From NCBI GenBank assembly GCA_963841435.1, contig CAWJCS010000003.1, positions 736,001-800,000 on the forward strand: 64,000 nucleotides of DNA, given 5' to 3'. The stretch comes from an uncultured delta proteobacterium. Lineage in GTDB: Bacteria > Myxococcota_A > Polyangia > Polyangiales > Polyangiaceae. Position numbers and translations under genes: made by a program. The notes below the pieces were generated by a model. That model saw nothing but the letters and a program-made list of their open reading frames with translations, was not told the origin of the DNA and searched no databases. Below, one piece after another: positions 37,602 through 47,379 of this stretch (positions are counted from its first letter, which is position 1; each line of letters starts with the position of its first letter).

Positions 37602-37780
37602 CCTATCCCTCAGCCGGGACCGGTGCCCAGGCTCGCTAGGTTGCAAAAAGATCCCGCAGGCGGCGCGGGATCAAACCCCAAGGTCGTCGAAAGCTTCCCG
37701 AACGCCCAATCATTTACTCGAGTTCGCTAGTCGTCAAGATAAGCTTCACGATTCGTTTGCGCATGAGGGACTTTTTACTG

Positions 37781-37846
37781 ACCTCACCTCACCTCACCTC
37801 ACCTCGCCCGCGTCGTTTTTGTACACCCCGCGTCGTTTTTGTACAC
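37781..37846. repeat. (ACCTC)x5 microsatellite followed by a 20-bp tandem duplication
   Basis: ACCTC at 37781-37805; CCCGCGTCGTTTTTGTACAC at 37807 and 37827. Confidence 0.9.
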
Positions 37847-38078
37847 CGGTATCCAGACACGCCCGAGCGCGCGATTCCTTCCGCGCGGCGTCGCGCACCT
37901 TGATGGATGAGCGGGTCTCGGCGACGACGTCCGAGTGACGGGGGCGCAAAGTTTTTAGGTGAGCGCGAGCAAGCTCCGAGCAATTGCACCGTCAAGCGAT
38001 CAAGACAGTGCGCGCGGTTGACGGGCGAGCGGGCGAGCCGTCGGAGGCTTCGCGGGACGCTCGCGAGCCGCGCGGGCG

Positions 38079-39500
38079 CTAGTAGCCGAAATCAGGGGTC
38101 CCGCCCGGCTTTTGTGAGGGTCTGGCGGGTGCTGGCTTTGGGGGCTTGGGAACTGGTTTGACCGCGGTGTGCCGCGGGGCCGGTCGCGGGGCAACGCGGG
38201 GTACCGCGGCGGCCGAAGGCGCCGCGGACGCGGAGGGCGCCTCGGGTGGGCGTGCGGGCGCAGCGGGCGCCGCCACCGGCTCCACCTTCGGCTCCGGCGG
38301 GGTGGGAGAAGGGGCAGCGGGATCGGCCCGAGGGGCCGCCGGAGGCGGCTCAGGCGCGGCGGAATTCGCCACGACGGGCTCCTCCTTCGAGTGACCGAGC
38401 AGGGCGAACGCCGCGCCCCCGCCCACGACGATAAGCGCGCCGATCAGGCCGAGCACGACGCCCGCACCGGGCCCTTTCTTGAGTGGCACGGCGTCGTCGT
38501 TGGTGGTGGCCCAGGTGCCGGCGGTCTTGCCGCCGGAGCGCACGCCGGCCGAGGTCGCGGCGGCGCTCGTCATGGGGCCGCTCGCGGGGAGCAGCCCCGA
38601 CGCGGCGACATCGGTGGGTGGTGGGACGCTCACGGCCGCTCCGCGTTGCACCCACGCGTCGAGCGCCTGGATGAATTCGTCGGCGGACTGGAAGCGCTGT
38701 GCGACGTCACGCGCCATGCCGCGCGCGATCAAGCTCGTGAACGCCGGGTCGAGGTCGGGCACGATGGTGGTCGGCTGCGGCACCTCCGCGAGCACGATCT
38801 TGAACATGAGCTGGTTGAAGGTGCCCGCCTCGAAGGGCACTTGCCCCGTGACCGCCTCGAACATGATCACGCCGATCGAGTAGAGGTCGCTGCGCTGATC
38901 CGCTTCGGCACTGCCGCTCGCCTGCTCGGGTGACATGTAATAGGGCGTGCCCATCACGGCGCCCGTGCGCGTCATCTTCATGCCGTCGCCCGCCAAGGGC
39001 TGGAACTTGGAGATGCCGAAATCGATGATTTTCACGAAATCGGTGCGGCCGGCCTTGCTCTTGAGCACGTAGATGTTGTCGGGCTTGAGGTCGCGATGGA
39101 CGATTCCCGCGCGGTGCGCGGCGCCGAGCCCGACCAGGACCTGACGAACCAGCGGCGCGAGCTCCTGGGGAGTGAGTCGCTTTCTTTGCGAGATGCGCGC
39201 CGAGAGCGGCTCGCCGTCGAGAAACTCCATCACGATGAAGCGATCACCGTTTGGAAGCACGCCGAGGTCGATGACCTCGAGGATGTGATCGTTGCCGATG
39301 CGGCCGGCGGCTTGCGCCTCGCGCTCGAAGCGCTGGGTGACCTCCGCGTTCGTCGTGAGTGCGGCGTGAAGCACCTTGATGGCGACGCGCCGGTTGATGC
39401 GAATGTTCTCGCCTTCGTAGACGGCGCCCATCCCACCTTCCCCGATCAACCGGATGATGCGGTACTTCCCGTCGAGGAGCTCTCCGGTCTCGAGCGACAT
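38079..39500 (-). CDS. Membrane Ser/Thr protein kinase (Hanks type)
   Basis: GEGGMG, VAIK, HRDLKPDN, DFG and YMSPEQ motifs; TM helix; Pro-rich tail ending DFGY. Confidence 0.95.
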   Translation of the reverse strand: MSLETGELLDGKYRIIRLIGEGGMGAVYEGENIRINRRVAIKVLHAALTTNAEVTQRFEREAQAAGRIGNDHILEVIDLGVLPNGDRFIVMEFLDGEPLSARISQRKRLTPQELAPLVRQVLVGLGAAHRAGIVHRDLKPDNIYVLKSKAGRTDFVKIIDFGISKFQPLAGDGMKMTRTGAVMGTPYYMSPEQASGSAEADQRSDLYSIGVIMFEAVTGQVPFEAGTFNQLMFKIVLAEVPQPTTIVPDLDPAFTSLIARGMARDVAQRFQSADEFIQALDAWVQRGAAVSVPPPTDVAASGLLPASGPMTSAAATSAGVRSGGKTAGTWATTNDDAVPLKKGPGAGVVLGLIGALIVVGGGAAFALLGHSKEEPVVANSAAPEPPPAAPRADPAAPSPTPPEPKVEPVAAPAAPARPPEAPSASAAPSAAAVPRVAPRPAPRHTAVKPVPKPPKPAPARPSQKPGGTPDFGY

Positions 39501-39620
39501 ACGCGTCTACAAGGATACGACGACTTTCGGAGCCCCGCCGCCCTCTCGGACCCCGTTTGGAATTCTGCCCAAATAAAAGGCCTCCGGGGCACGGGGGGGA
39601 GGGTGTTAGGATGGAGGGCC

Positions 39621-40721
39621 ATGTGGCTCGAGAAGGCGCGCCGCCTGCTCCCGGCGGTACTCTGGGTGGTCGGTTTCGTGTGCGCTCCGTCGGTCTCCCG
39701 GGCGCAGAGCGACGAGCAGCGCGCCGCGGCGCGCTCCCTCGCCACCGAGGGGGCGAAAGCGTTCAACGAGGGGCGCTTCAAGGATGCGGTCGACCTCTTC
39801 AGCCGGGCCGAATCCCTGGTGCACGCGCCGCCCCACCTGCTCTATCGCGCCCGCGCGCACGTCAAGCTCGGACAGCTCGTTCGCGCGCGCGAGGCCTATC
39901 TCAAGATCGTCAAGGAGACGCTACCGTCGAACGCCCCGAAAGCGTTCGCCGATGCGCAGGCAGCGGCGACCAGCGAGGTGAAGGAGATCGAGCCGCGCAT
40001 CGGCAGGCTGACGATCAACGTCGAAGGCTCCGACGGGGCCGCCGACGTCACCGTGCTCGTCGATGGCGTGGCGCTCCCCGGCGTGCTCATCGGGCTGCCG
40101 CAGCCGATCGATCCGGGCAACCATCGCATCGAGGCCACGGCAACGGGCAAGCGAGCGCCCTCGGAGCCCGTGACGCTCGCAGACGGCGAAAAGAAGGTCG
40201 TGGTCCTGCGACTCGAGGACGCACCCGGCGCCGTGCCGCTCGCGGCAGCACCGGCCGCCGCCGCAGCGGCTCCCGCCGCGGCGGCGCCACCACCGGCGGC
40301 TCCCGTGCCCGCACCGGGGTCTTCACCCACGAGTGATGGAGGCTCGAGCGAGCGCTCGGGAGGCGGTGGCTTGCGCGTGGGGGCCTACGTCGGGTTCGGC
40401 CTCGGCGCGGTGGGCCTCGCCGCGGGCACGCTCTTTTCGCTGCAATCGGCGAGCAAGCGAAAGGATGCGGACGAAAAGTTCGCCCAGTGTGGCGGTGCCA
40501 CGGGCTGCACGACGGGAAACCCGCTCTCGGCTGAGGTCGACCAGCTCGACAGCGACGCCGGCTCCAAGCAAACGCTCGGTATCGTCGGATTCGCCGTGGG
40601 CGGCGTCGGTGTCGCCACGGGCGTGACGCTGCTCCTGTTGAGCGGCGGCAGCGACGAGAAGACGGCCGGCGTGCGGCCCTACGTCGGGCTCGGCTCGGCG
40701 GGCGTGCGCGGCAGGTTCTGA
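39621..40721 (+). CDS. Secreted TPR + PEGA-like domain protein
   Basis: Signal peptide, TPR helices, IDPGNHRIEA PEGA-like segment, C-terminal VRGRF. Confidence 0.8.
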   Translation: MWLEKARRLLPAVLWVVGFVCAPSVSRAQSDEQRAAARSLATEGAKAFNEGRFKDAVDLFSRAESLVHAPPHLLYRARAHVKLGQLVRAREAYLKIVKETLPSNAPKAFADAQAAATSEVKEIEPRIGRLTINVEGSDGAADVTVLVDGVALPGVLIGLPQPIDPGNHRIEATATGKRAPSEPVTLADGEKKVVVLRLEDAPGAVPLAAAPAAAAAAPAAAAPPPAAPVPAPGSSPTSDGGSSERSGGGGLRVGAYVGFGLGAVGLAAGTLFSLQSASKRKDADEKFAQCGGATGCTTGNPLSAEVDQLDSDAGSKQTLGIVGFAVGGVGVATGVTLLLLSGGSDEKTAGVRPYVGLGSAGVRGRF

Positions 40722-40737
40722 GAGCGGAGGACGAGAG

Positions 40738-42510
40738 ATGACGACGACCAAGGGCACGCTCGTGACAACCTCTCGGCTCGTGAAGCTCGCGCTGGGCATG
40801 CTCCTGGCCGTCGGGACGGCGACGGCGCTGCCGAGCTGCTCGACGGACACTTCGGTCGAGCCGCTCGGCAAGTCCACCGAGGGCGCGCTCACTTGCATGG
40901 GGGCGGTCTGTCCGGCGGACAGCGGGACCTGCGGCTCGTGGACGTGCGACGCGAACAAGTTCTGCCTCTTCCGCCAGGAGGCCAATGAAGGGGACGCCTG
41001 CTCGAGCATCGCGGGGACACCCAGCGACGGCCACTGCACGACCGCCGACGACAGCAAGGGCGTCTCCTACCTGAAGTGCTGCGTTGGGTGCGCCCAGGAC
41101 GTCAACGGCCGGTTCGTGTGTCTCGTCGGCGACCAGCCGGGCTACTGCGGGGCCGGCGGCGACCGTTGCGTGAGCTGCAGCGCATGCGAGACGTGCAAGG
41201 CCGGAAAGTGCGTCGCGGCCGGCGGCGGCGTCTGCGGCACGTGCAAGTCGTGCGCCAGCGGCGCGTGCATGGCCGAGCCGGTGGGCACCGGCTGCGCCAA
41301 CGGGCGCTGCTCGGCCGATGCCGTCTGCTGCTCGAGCTGCCTCGACACGACCGGTCAGTGCCTGGCCAACACCGATCAGCATTGCGGGAGCGCGGGCAGC
41401 CAGTGCCAGGCTTGTGGGCAGTGCGGGACCTGCATGGGCGGCGCCTGCCAGCCGAAGAGCGGCGGCTGCGACGACGGAGACCCCTGCACGGAAAACGACA
41501 AGTGCAACAACGGCGCGTGCGCGGGCACGCCCGTGCCCGTCGACGACGGAAACCCGTGCACCGACGACGCCTGCACGTCGAGCACCGGCGTCACGCACGT
41601 GAGCAAGCCGGAAGGCACGATGTGCGACGACGGCAGCGCCTGCACGACCGGTGAGCGCTGCACCGACCACGACGGCATGCCGGCCACGGCGCGACGCTGC
41701 GTGCCGACGGGCGGCGTTGACTGCACCGACAGCAATCCCTGCACGTCGGACGTCCCCGACACGAGTTGCATGACGTGCCCCCACACGCCCCTCATGAATG
41801 GCACGCCATGCGTCGACGAGACCAGCCGCTGCGTGGTGAACGAGTCGTGCCAGGACGGCGCCTGCACGGGCGAGCCCAGGGACTGTGACGACGGCAACCC
41901 CTGCACCCAGGACACCTGCGAGGACGCCGACGGCACGGGCGTCGACCCCATCACGGGCTGCAAGCACGAGCCCGAGGCGACCAGCACGACCTGCGACGAC
42001 TCGAACGACTGCACCGAGGACGACCACTGCGCTGACACCGGTGAATGCACCGGCACGGCCAAGACCTGCACGGCGTTCGACGACTGCCACGACGTCGGAA
42101 GCTGCGATCCCGGCACGGGTGAATGCACCGATCCGAGGCTTCCCGAGGGCTCGGCCTGCGAAAGCACGGGCACGTGCGACGCCAACGGGCGCTGCCAGGG
42201 CGGCACGCCCATGGGCACGGGCGGCGGAAGCGGCACCGGCAGCGGCGGCACCGGCACCGGTGAGGCCGGCGACAACGGCACCGGTGGCGGAAGCGGCGGC
42301 AGCAGCGGCACCGGCACCGGTGAGGCCGGTGACAACGGCACGGGTGGCGGAAGCGGCGCTGCGGCGGGGACCGACGGAACGCTCTACGTGCGCGACCCGC
42401 GGGGCTGCTCGTGCGAGATGCCGGGACGGGGCTCTGCGCCGGGCGGTGCGCTCGTGCTTTCGCTCGGCGGGTTGCTCGCACTCGTCACGCGGCGCCGGCG
42501 CGCGGCTTGA
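40738..42510 (+). CDS. Cys-rich surface protein with DDGNPCT repeats and MYXO-CTERM-like tail
   Basis: Multiple (C)DDG(N/D)PCT motifs; RGCSC...LLALVTRRRR. Confidence 0.85.
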   Translation: MTTTKGTLVTTSRLVKLALGMLLAVGTATALPSCSTDTSVEPLGKSTEGALTCMGAVCPADSGTCGSWTCDANKFCLFRQEANEGDACSSIAGTPSDGHCTTADDSKGVSYLKCCVGCAQDVNGRFVCLVGDQPGYCGAGGDRCVSCSACETCKAGKCVAAGGGVCGTCKSCASGACMAEPVGTGCANGRCSADAVCCSSCLDTTGQCLANTDQHCGSAGSQCQACGQCGTCMGGACQPKSGGCDDGDPCTENDKCNNGACAGTPVPVDDGNPCTDDACTSSTGVTHVSKPEGTMCDDGSACTTGERCTDHDGMPATARRCVPTGGVDCTDSNPCTSDVPDTSCMTCPHTPLMNGTPCVDETSRCVVNESCQDGACTGEPRDCDDGNPCTQDTCEDADGTGVDPITGCKHEPEATSTTCDDSNDCTEDDHCADTGECTGTAKTCTAFDDCHDVGSCDPGTGECTDPRLPEGSACESTGTCDANGRCQGGTPMGTGGGSGTGSGGTGTGEAGDNGTGGGSGGSSGTGTGEAGDNGTGGGSGAAAGTDGTLYVRDPRGCSCEMPGRGSAPGGALVLSLGGLLALVTRRRRAA

Positions 42511-42547
42511 AGGTCTGCCGCGAGCACCTCTCGCCGCTCGCCCCGGG

Positions 42548-43033
42548 TCAGGCCACGCGCTCGACGGCCTCGAGCACGGCGTCGGGCGACGAAATCGGTG
42601 CCTCGGGGCGCCCACCGAAGCAGACGGTGACGCGCTGGGGCGCGCCGTTGACGGCGCCGAGCTCGCCAGCAAGCGCGAGCAGCGCCGCGCGGAGGCGGTC
42701 GGTGGGCTCCGGCGTGGCGCTCACGAGCAGCCGAGCACCGCGGCGCGAGCGGGGGAAGAGCAGGGCGCGACCGATGGCGCGACGCGCCCGGCGCTGCGCG
42801 TCGTCCGCTCGCTCGTTGACGGCCAGCACGGCGAGCTCGAGCGGAACGGCGTGGGGCATGAGCGACGCCGCGACCGAAACGACGCGCGCCGCAAAGGCCG
42901 CCGGACCCTCCCCCTCGAGCTCGACCACGACTCTTCGTGAAGTGCAGGCGGCGTCCCGAACCAGCTGCGCAGGCCAGTCGGCGCCGAGCTCGACGATCAC
43001 CAGCATGCCGGAAGTAGCGCCCTCGGAAGGCAT
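42548..43033 (-). CDS. Hypothetical protein
   Basis: LVIVELGADWP...EGPAAFAAR...LAGEL...VTVCFG. Confidence 0.6.
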   Translation of the reverse strand: MPSEGATSGMLVIVELGADWPAQLVRDAACTSRRVVVELEGEGPAAFAARVVSVAASLMPHAVPLELAVLAVNERADDAQRRARRAIGRALLFPRSRRGARLLVSATPEPTDRLRAALLALAGELGAVNGAPQRVTVCFGGRPEAPISSPDAVLEAVERVA

Positions 43034-43120
43034 GCCCGCGAGTTACGCCCGCGGCCTCCCCTGGGCCAAGAATGCAGCGCAAACTCCTTCGGCCCGGAAC
43101 CGGGACTCAAGAAAGCAGTC

Positions 43121-44401
43121 CTAAACCTCGAGCAGGATCCTCGAGGGCTCCTCGAGGCACTGCTTGATGCGCTTGAGGAACGTCACCGCTTCGCGACCGT
43201 CCACGAGGCGATGATCGTAGGTGACCGCGACGTACATCATGGGGCGGATCACCACGGCGCCGTTCAGCGCCACGGGCCGGTCTTGAATGGCGTGAAGCCC
43301 GAGAATGCCGCTCTGCGGCGGGTTCACGATGGGCGTCGAGAGGAGCGAGCCGTAGATGCCGCCGTTCGAGATCGTGAACGTGCCGCCCGAAAGCTCCTCG
43401 AGCGTGAGGCGGTTGTCCTTCGCGCGCTTACCGAAGTCGGCGATCTTCTGCTCCACCTCCGCGAAGCTCAGCCGATCGGCGTCCCGAATCACGGGCACGG
43501 CGAGGCCCTTGCCCCCGCCCACGGCGACGCCGATGTCGTAGTGGTTCTTGTAGAGGATCGTGTTGCCGCGGATCTCGCCGTTGACGGCCGGCACGAGCTT
43601 GAGCGCGTCGATCACCGCTTTGACGAAGAACGACATGAAGCCAAGCTTGATCTGGTATTTTTCCTGGAAAGCCTCCTGATGCTGCTTTCTCAGGGCCATC
43701 ACGTTGCTCATGTCGATCTCGTTGAAGGTCGTGAGCAACGCGGCGGTTTTCTGCGCTGAAACCAGCCGCTCCGCGATGCGCCGCCGGAACGGCGACATCG
43801 TGATCGCTTCCTCGAGCGGGCCCGGATCGACGGCGGCCGGCGCCGGAGCCCGGGTCGAGGCCAGGGGAACCGAAGCCGGCTTCGGAGCGGGCGCACGCGC
43901 GGCGGCGCCGTCGTGACCGTCCTCGTCGGCGTCGTGACGCAGGACATCCTCGCGCAAGAGGCGACCCCCCGGACCCGAGGGCTCCACTTCGTCCTGGCGA
44001 AGCCCGCGCTCCTTGAGCGCGCGGCGCGCGGAAGGCATCACGCGGGCGAAGCCCTGCGGCGGCATGGAGTCGCGCGCGGAGCGCGGCCCCTCCCCCTCGG
44101 AGGCCGGCGGCGGTGCCGACGAGCCGGGCGCGGGCCCCGGCGCGGCCGCGGCGGGCTTGTCGGACGCCTCCTCGAGGATGCCGATCACGTCTCCCACCAT
44201 GGCCTGGTCACCCTGCTTGGCCACGATGCGCGTGATCACGCCGGCAGTCGGTGCCGGTAGATCGATCGTGACCTTGTCGGTCTCGATCTTGACGAGGGTC
44301 TCGTCCTGCTCGACACGGTCCCCCTCGCCCTTCAGCCACTCGCCGATCTGCACCTCGCTGACGGATTCCCCGACCGCGGGCACTTTGAGCTCGATCGCCA
44401 T
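43121..44401 (-). CDS. sucB: 2-oxoglutarate dehydrogenase E2 (dihydrolipoyl succinyltransferase)
   Basis: Lipoyl [14 protein letters not shown] and YDHRLVDG motifs. Confidence 0.96.
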   Translation of the reverse strand: MAIELKVPAVGESVSEVQIGEWLKGEGDRVEQDETLVKIETDKVTIDLPAPTAGVITRIVAKQGDQAMVGDVIGILEEASDKPAAAAPGPAPGSSAPPPASEGEGPRSARDSMPPQGFARVMPSARRALKERGLRQDEVEPSGPGGRLLREDVLRHDADEDGHDGAAARAPAPKPASVPLASTRAPAPAAVDPGPLEEAITMSPFRRRIAERLVSAQKTAALLTTFNEIDMSNVMALRKQHQEAFQEKYQIKLGFMSFFVKAVIDALKLVPAVNGEIRGNTILYKNHYDIGVAVGGGKGLAVPVIRDADRLSFAEVEQKIADFGKRAKDNRLTLEELSGGTFTISNGGIYGSLLSTPIVNPPQSGILGLHAIQDRPVALNGAVVIRPMMYVAVTYDHRLVDGREAVTFLKRIKQCLEEPSRILLEV

Positions 44402-44479
44402 CGTGAGGCACCGAATAACGCCGCCGCCTCGCGGTTGCAATCGCTCACGGTTCGTTCGCACGACCCGACGGGCGCGTGC

Positions 44480-47323
44480 TCAGCCGAATGCACGCTCGAG
44501 CAGCTGTTGTTGCTCGAGCTTGTGACAGCTGGCAGACCCGGTCGCGGGGCTCGCCGACTCGGCACGGCACACGCCCACGAGCGGAAAGCGACCGAACAGC
44601 ATGCTGCCGAAACGCGCCTTGATGGTGCGCCACGCTCCCATGTTCTCGGGCTCTTCCTGGACCCACAGCGCGGGGGTGCCGTCTTCGAGGTGGTCGACGG
44701 CCGCGTGCAGGTAAACGTCCGGCAGCGGGTAGAGTTGCTCGACGCGCACGATCTCGACGTCGTCACGCCCGAGCTCGTGTCGGCGCTTGTCGAGGTCGTA
44801 AAAAACCTTGCCCGTACAGAGCAAGAGGCGCGTGGTCTTCTTGATGACGCGCGCGGCGGCCGTGCGGCCGTCGGGGATGACGCGCTGGAAGCGCCCTTCG
44901 GCGCAGTCCTCGAGCGGGCTCGTCGCCTGTGGGTGCCTGAGCAAGCTCTTCGGCGTGAGCACGACGAGGGGCTTGCGCCACTGGCGAATGGCTTGCCGCC
45001 GGAGCAGGTGGAAGCACTGTGCGGGCGTCGTCGGCTGGGCGATCTGGATGTTCTCTTCGGCGGCCAGCGTGAGAAAACGCTCGAGGCGCGCGCTCGAGTG
45101 CTCCGGCCCCTGCCCCTCGAAGCCGTGCGGCAGGAGCAGCACGAGGCCGGACAGGCGCTTCCACTTGTCCTCGGCGCTCACGATGAACTGGTCGATGATG
45201 ATCTGCGCGGCGTTCGCGAAGTCACCGAACTGCGCCTCCCACAGCACGAGCGCGTCCGGCCAGTCCAGGCTGTAGCCGTATTCGAAGCCGAGCACGGCAG
45301 CCTCGCTGAGCGCCGAGTTGTAGATCTCGATGGGAGCTTGCCCGGGCTCGAGGTGGCAAAGCGGCATGTAGGGCTGCCCGTTCTCGAAGTCGTGGAGCAC
45401 GGCGTGCCGGTGGCTGAAGGTGCCGCGCGCCGCGTCTTGCCCGGTGAGGCGCACGCGCACGCCGTCGGTGACGAGCGACGCGAAGGCGAGCGCTTCGGCC
45501 GCGCCCCAGTCGAGGTTCTTTTCCCCGCGTGCCATGGCGCGCCGGGACCCGAGGAGCTTGTCGATCTGCTTGTGCGGGTGAAAGCCTTCGGGCAGCTCCG
45601 TCTGCTTCTCGAGCAGCGCTTGGAGCCGGGCGCGGGGCAGGCTCGTATCGACCTCGGCGATGTCCGCCTCGGGGCCACCGCGATAGCCCTGCCAGAAGCC
45701 GCCCAGCCAGTCCTGCGAACGCTTGTAGTCCGGTCGCCGCGCCGCACCGAGTTCGCGCTCGAGGTGCTCGCGCCGCTCGACGGCGATGTGGTCCGCCTCT
45801 TCGCGTGTGACGCCGCCGAGCCCGAGCAGGTGCTCGAGGTAGCCGTCGCGCACGCTCTTTCGCTCGGCAATGGCGCGGTAGAGCAGGGGCTGCGTGAACG
45901 CGGGCTCGTCGGTCTCGTTGTGGCCGTAGCGGCGGTAGCCGTACATGTCGATGACGACGTCGCGCAGGAAGGTGTCGCGAAAGTCCATCGCGAGGCGCAC
46001 CACCTGCGCCACGGCCTCCGGATCCTCGCCGTTGACGTGGAAGATCGGGATCTGCAGCATCTTGGCGACGTCGGTCGCGTAGGTGGTGGAGCGGCCTTGC
46101 GAGGGCGGCGTCGTGAAACCGATCTGGTTGTTGACGACGATGTGCAGCGTGCCGCCCGTCGTGTACGCGTCGAGCTGGCTCAAGTTCAGGGTTTCCTGAA
46201 TGATGCCCTCGCCGGCGAACGCGGCGTCACCGTGGATCAAGACGGCGATCTTCCTGCTGCGCGCGACGTCGCCCACGCGATCTTGCTTGCCGCGCGTGCG
46301 GCCGATCGCGACCGGGTTGACGAACTCGAGATGGCTCGGGTTGAAGCACAGCGAAAGATGCACCTTGCGTCCGCTCGCGGTGACGAAGTCCGAGCTGTGA
46401 CCGAGGTGGTACTTCACGTCACCGCTGCCGAAGTAAAGCTCGGGGTCGGTGTCCTCGAACTCGCGGAAGATGTCGCGCGGGTTCTTGCCCATGATGTTCG
46501 CAAGCACGTTGAGGCGTCCGCGATGGGCCATGGCGAGGACGATCTCGTCCACTTCGTGCGGATCACCGGCTCGATCGATGAGGAAGGCGAGCAGCGGAAT
46601 CAGGCTCTCGGAGCCCTCGAGCGAGAAGCTCTTCGCGCCCACGAACTTCTTCTGGATGAATTCCTCGAAGATGGTCGCGTCCGTCAGCTTGGTGAGGATG
46701 CGCAGCTGTTCCTCGCGCGACAGCTCGAGCCGATTCTCCGTCCCCTCCATCCGATCCTGAAGCCAGTTTTTTACCGTGAGGTCGTCGATGTGCATGAACT
46801 GCACGCCGATGGACCGGCAGTAGGTGTTCGATAGGCGCGTCAGCATCTGGCGCAACGTGAGCGCCTCGGCGCCGAAGATCGTGCGGCTCGAGAACTTGCG
46901 ATCGAGGTCGGCCGGGGCCAGACCGTAAAACGCGGGGTCGAGCTCGGGCTGCGAGGGCCGCGGTAGCCCCAGCGGATCGATCTTCGCCATCATGTGGCCG
47001 CGCACGCGGTACGCGCGGATCAACGCATCGACCTGGTCCTGCCGAACCAGAGCCTGAGAGATGCCGCTCGACGCCACGGCACCGTTCTTCTCGGGCGCGG
47101 CGCCGGTCGGAACGCTCGCGCCGTTCGTGTGGCCCGGCGCGTTGCCGAACAGCGACGCCGGACGAAACTGCGGGCCGAGCGAGGTGCCGCGTCGCGCGGG
47201 ATCACCGTCGAGCTCGGAGAAATAGCGCTGCCACTCCGGCGGCACGCGCGACGGATCCATCAGGTAGTCACCGTAGAGCCCCTCCACGAACGGGAGGCTC
47301 GCGGCGTTGAATTCGCTTGCCAT
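44480..47323 (-). CDS. sucA: 2-oxoglutarate dehydrogenase E1
   Basis: MAHRGRLN, GDVKYHLG, HGDAAFAGEG, WEAQFGDF and GQGPEHSSAR motifs. Confidence 0.97.
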   Translation of the reverse strand: MASEFNAASLPFVEGLYGDYLMDPSRVPPEWQRYFSELDGDPARRGTSLGPQFRPASLFGNAPGHTNGASVPTGAAPEKNGAVASSGISQALVRQDQVDALIRAYRVRGHMMAKIDPLGLPRPSQPELDPAFYGLAPADLDRKFSSRTIFGAEALTLRQMLTRLSNTYCRSIGVQFMHIDDLTVKNWLQDRMEGTENRLELSREEQLRILTKLTDATIFEEFIQKKFVGAKSFSLEGSESLIPLLAFLIDRAGDPHEVDEIVLAMAHRGRLNVLANIMGKNPRDIFREFEDTDPELYFGSGDVKYHLGHSSDFVTASGRKVHLSLCFNPSHLEFVNPVAIGRTRGKQDRVGDVARSRKIAVLIHGDAAFAGEGIIQETLNLSQLDAYTTGGTLHIVVNNQIGFTTPPSQGRSTTYATDVAKMLQIPIFHVNGEDPEAVAQVVRLAMDFRDTFLRDVVIDMYGYRRYGHNETDEPAFTQPLLYRAIAERKSVRDGYLEHLLGLGGVTREEADHIAVERREHLERELGAARRPDYKRSQDWLGGFWQGYRGGPEADIAEVDTSLPRARLQALLEKQTELPEGFHPHKQIDKLLGSRRAMARGEKNLDWGAAEALAFASLVTDGVRVRLTGQDAARGTFSHRHAVLHDFENGQPYMPLCHLEPGQAPIEIYNSALSEAAVLGFEYGYSLDWPDALVLWEAQFGDFANAAQIIIDQFIVSAEDKWKRLSGLVLLLPHGFEGQGPEHSSARLERFLTLAAEENIQIAQPTTPAQCFHLLRRQAIRQWRKPLVVLTPKSLLRHPQATSPLEDCAEGRFQRVIPDGRTAAARVIKKTTRLLLCTGKVFYDLDKRRHELGRDDVEIVRVEQLYPLPDVYLHAAVDHLEDGTPALWVQEEPENMGAWRTIKARFGSMLFGRFPLVGVCRAESASPATGSASCHKLEQQQLLERAFG

Positions 47324-47379
47324 GCGAGTGGCGCGAGTTTTTGTGTCAGTTTCCCTCGCGGTCAAGGCCGCGAGCTGGC

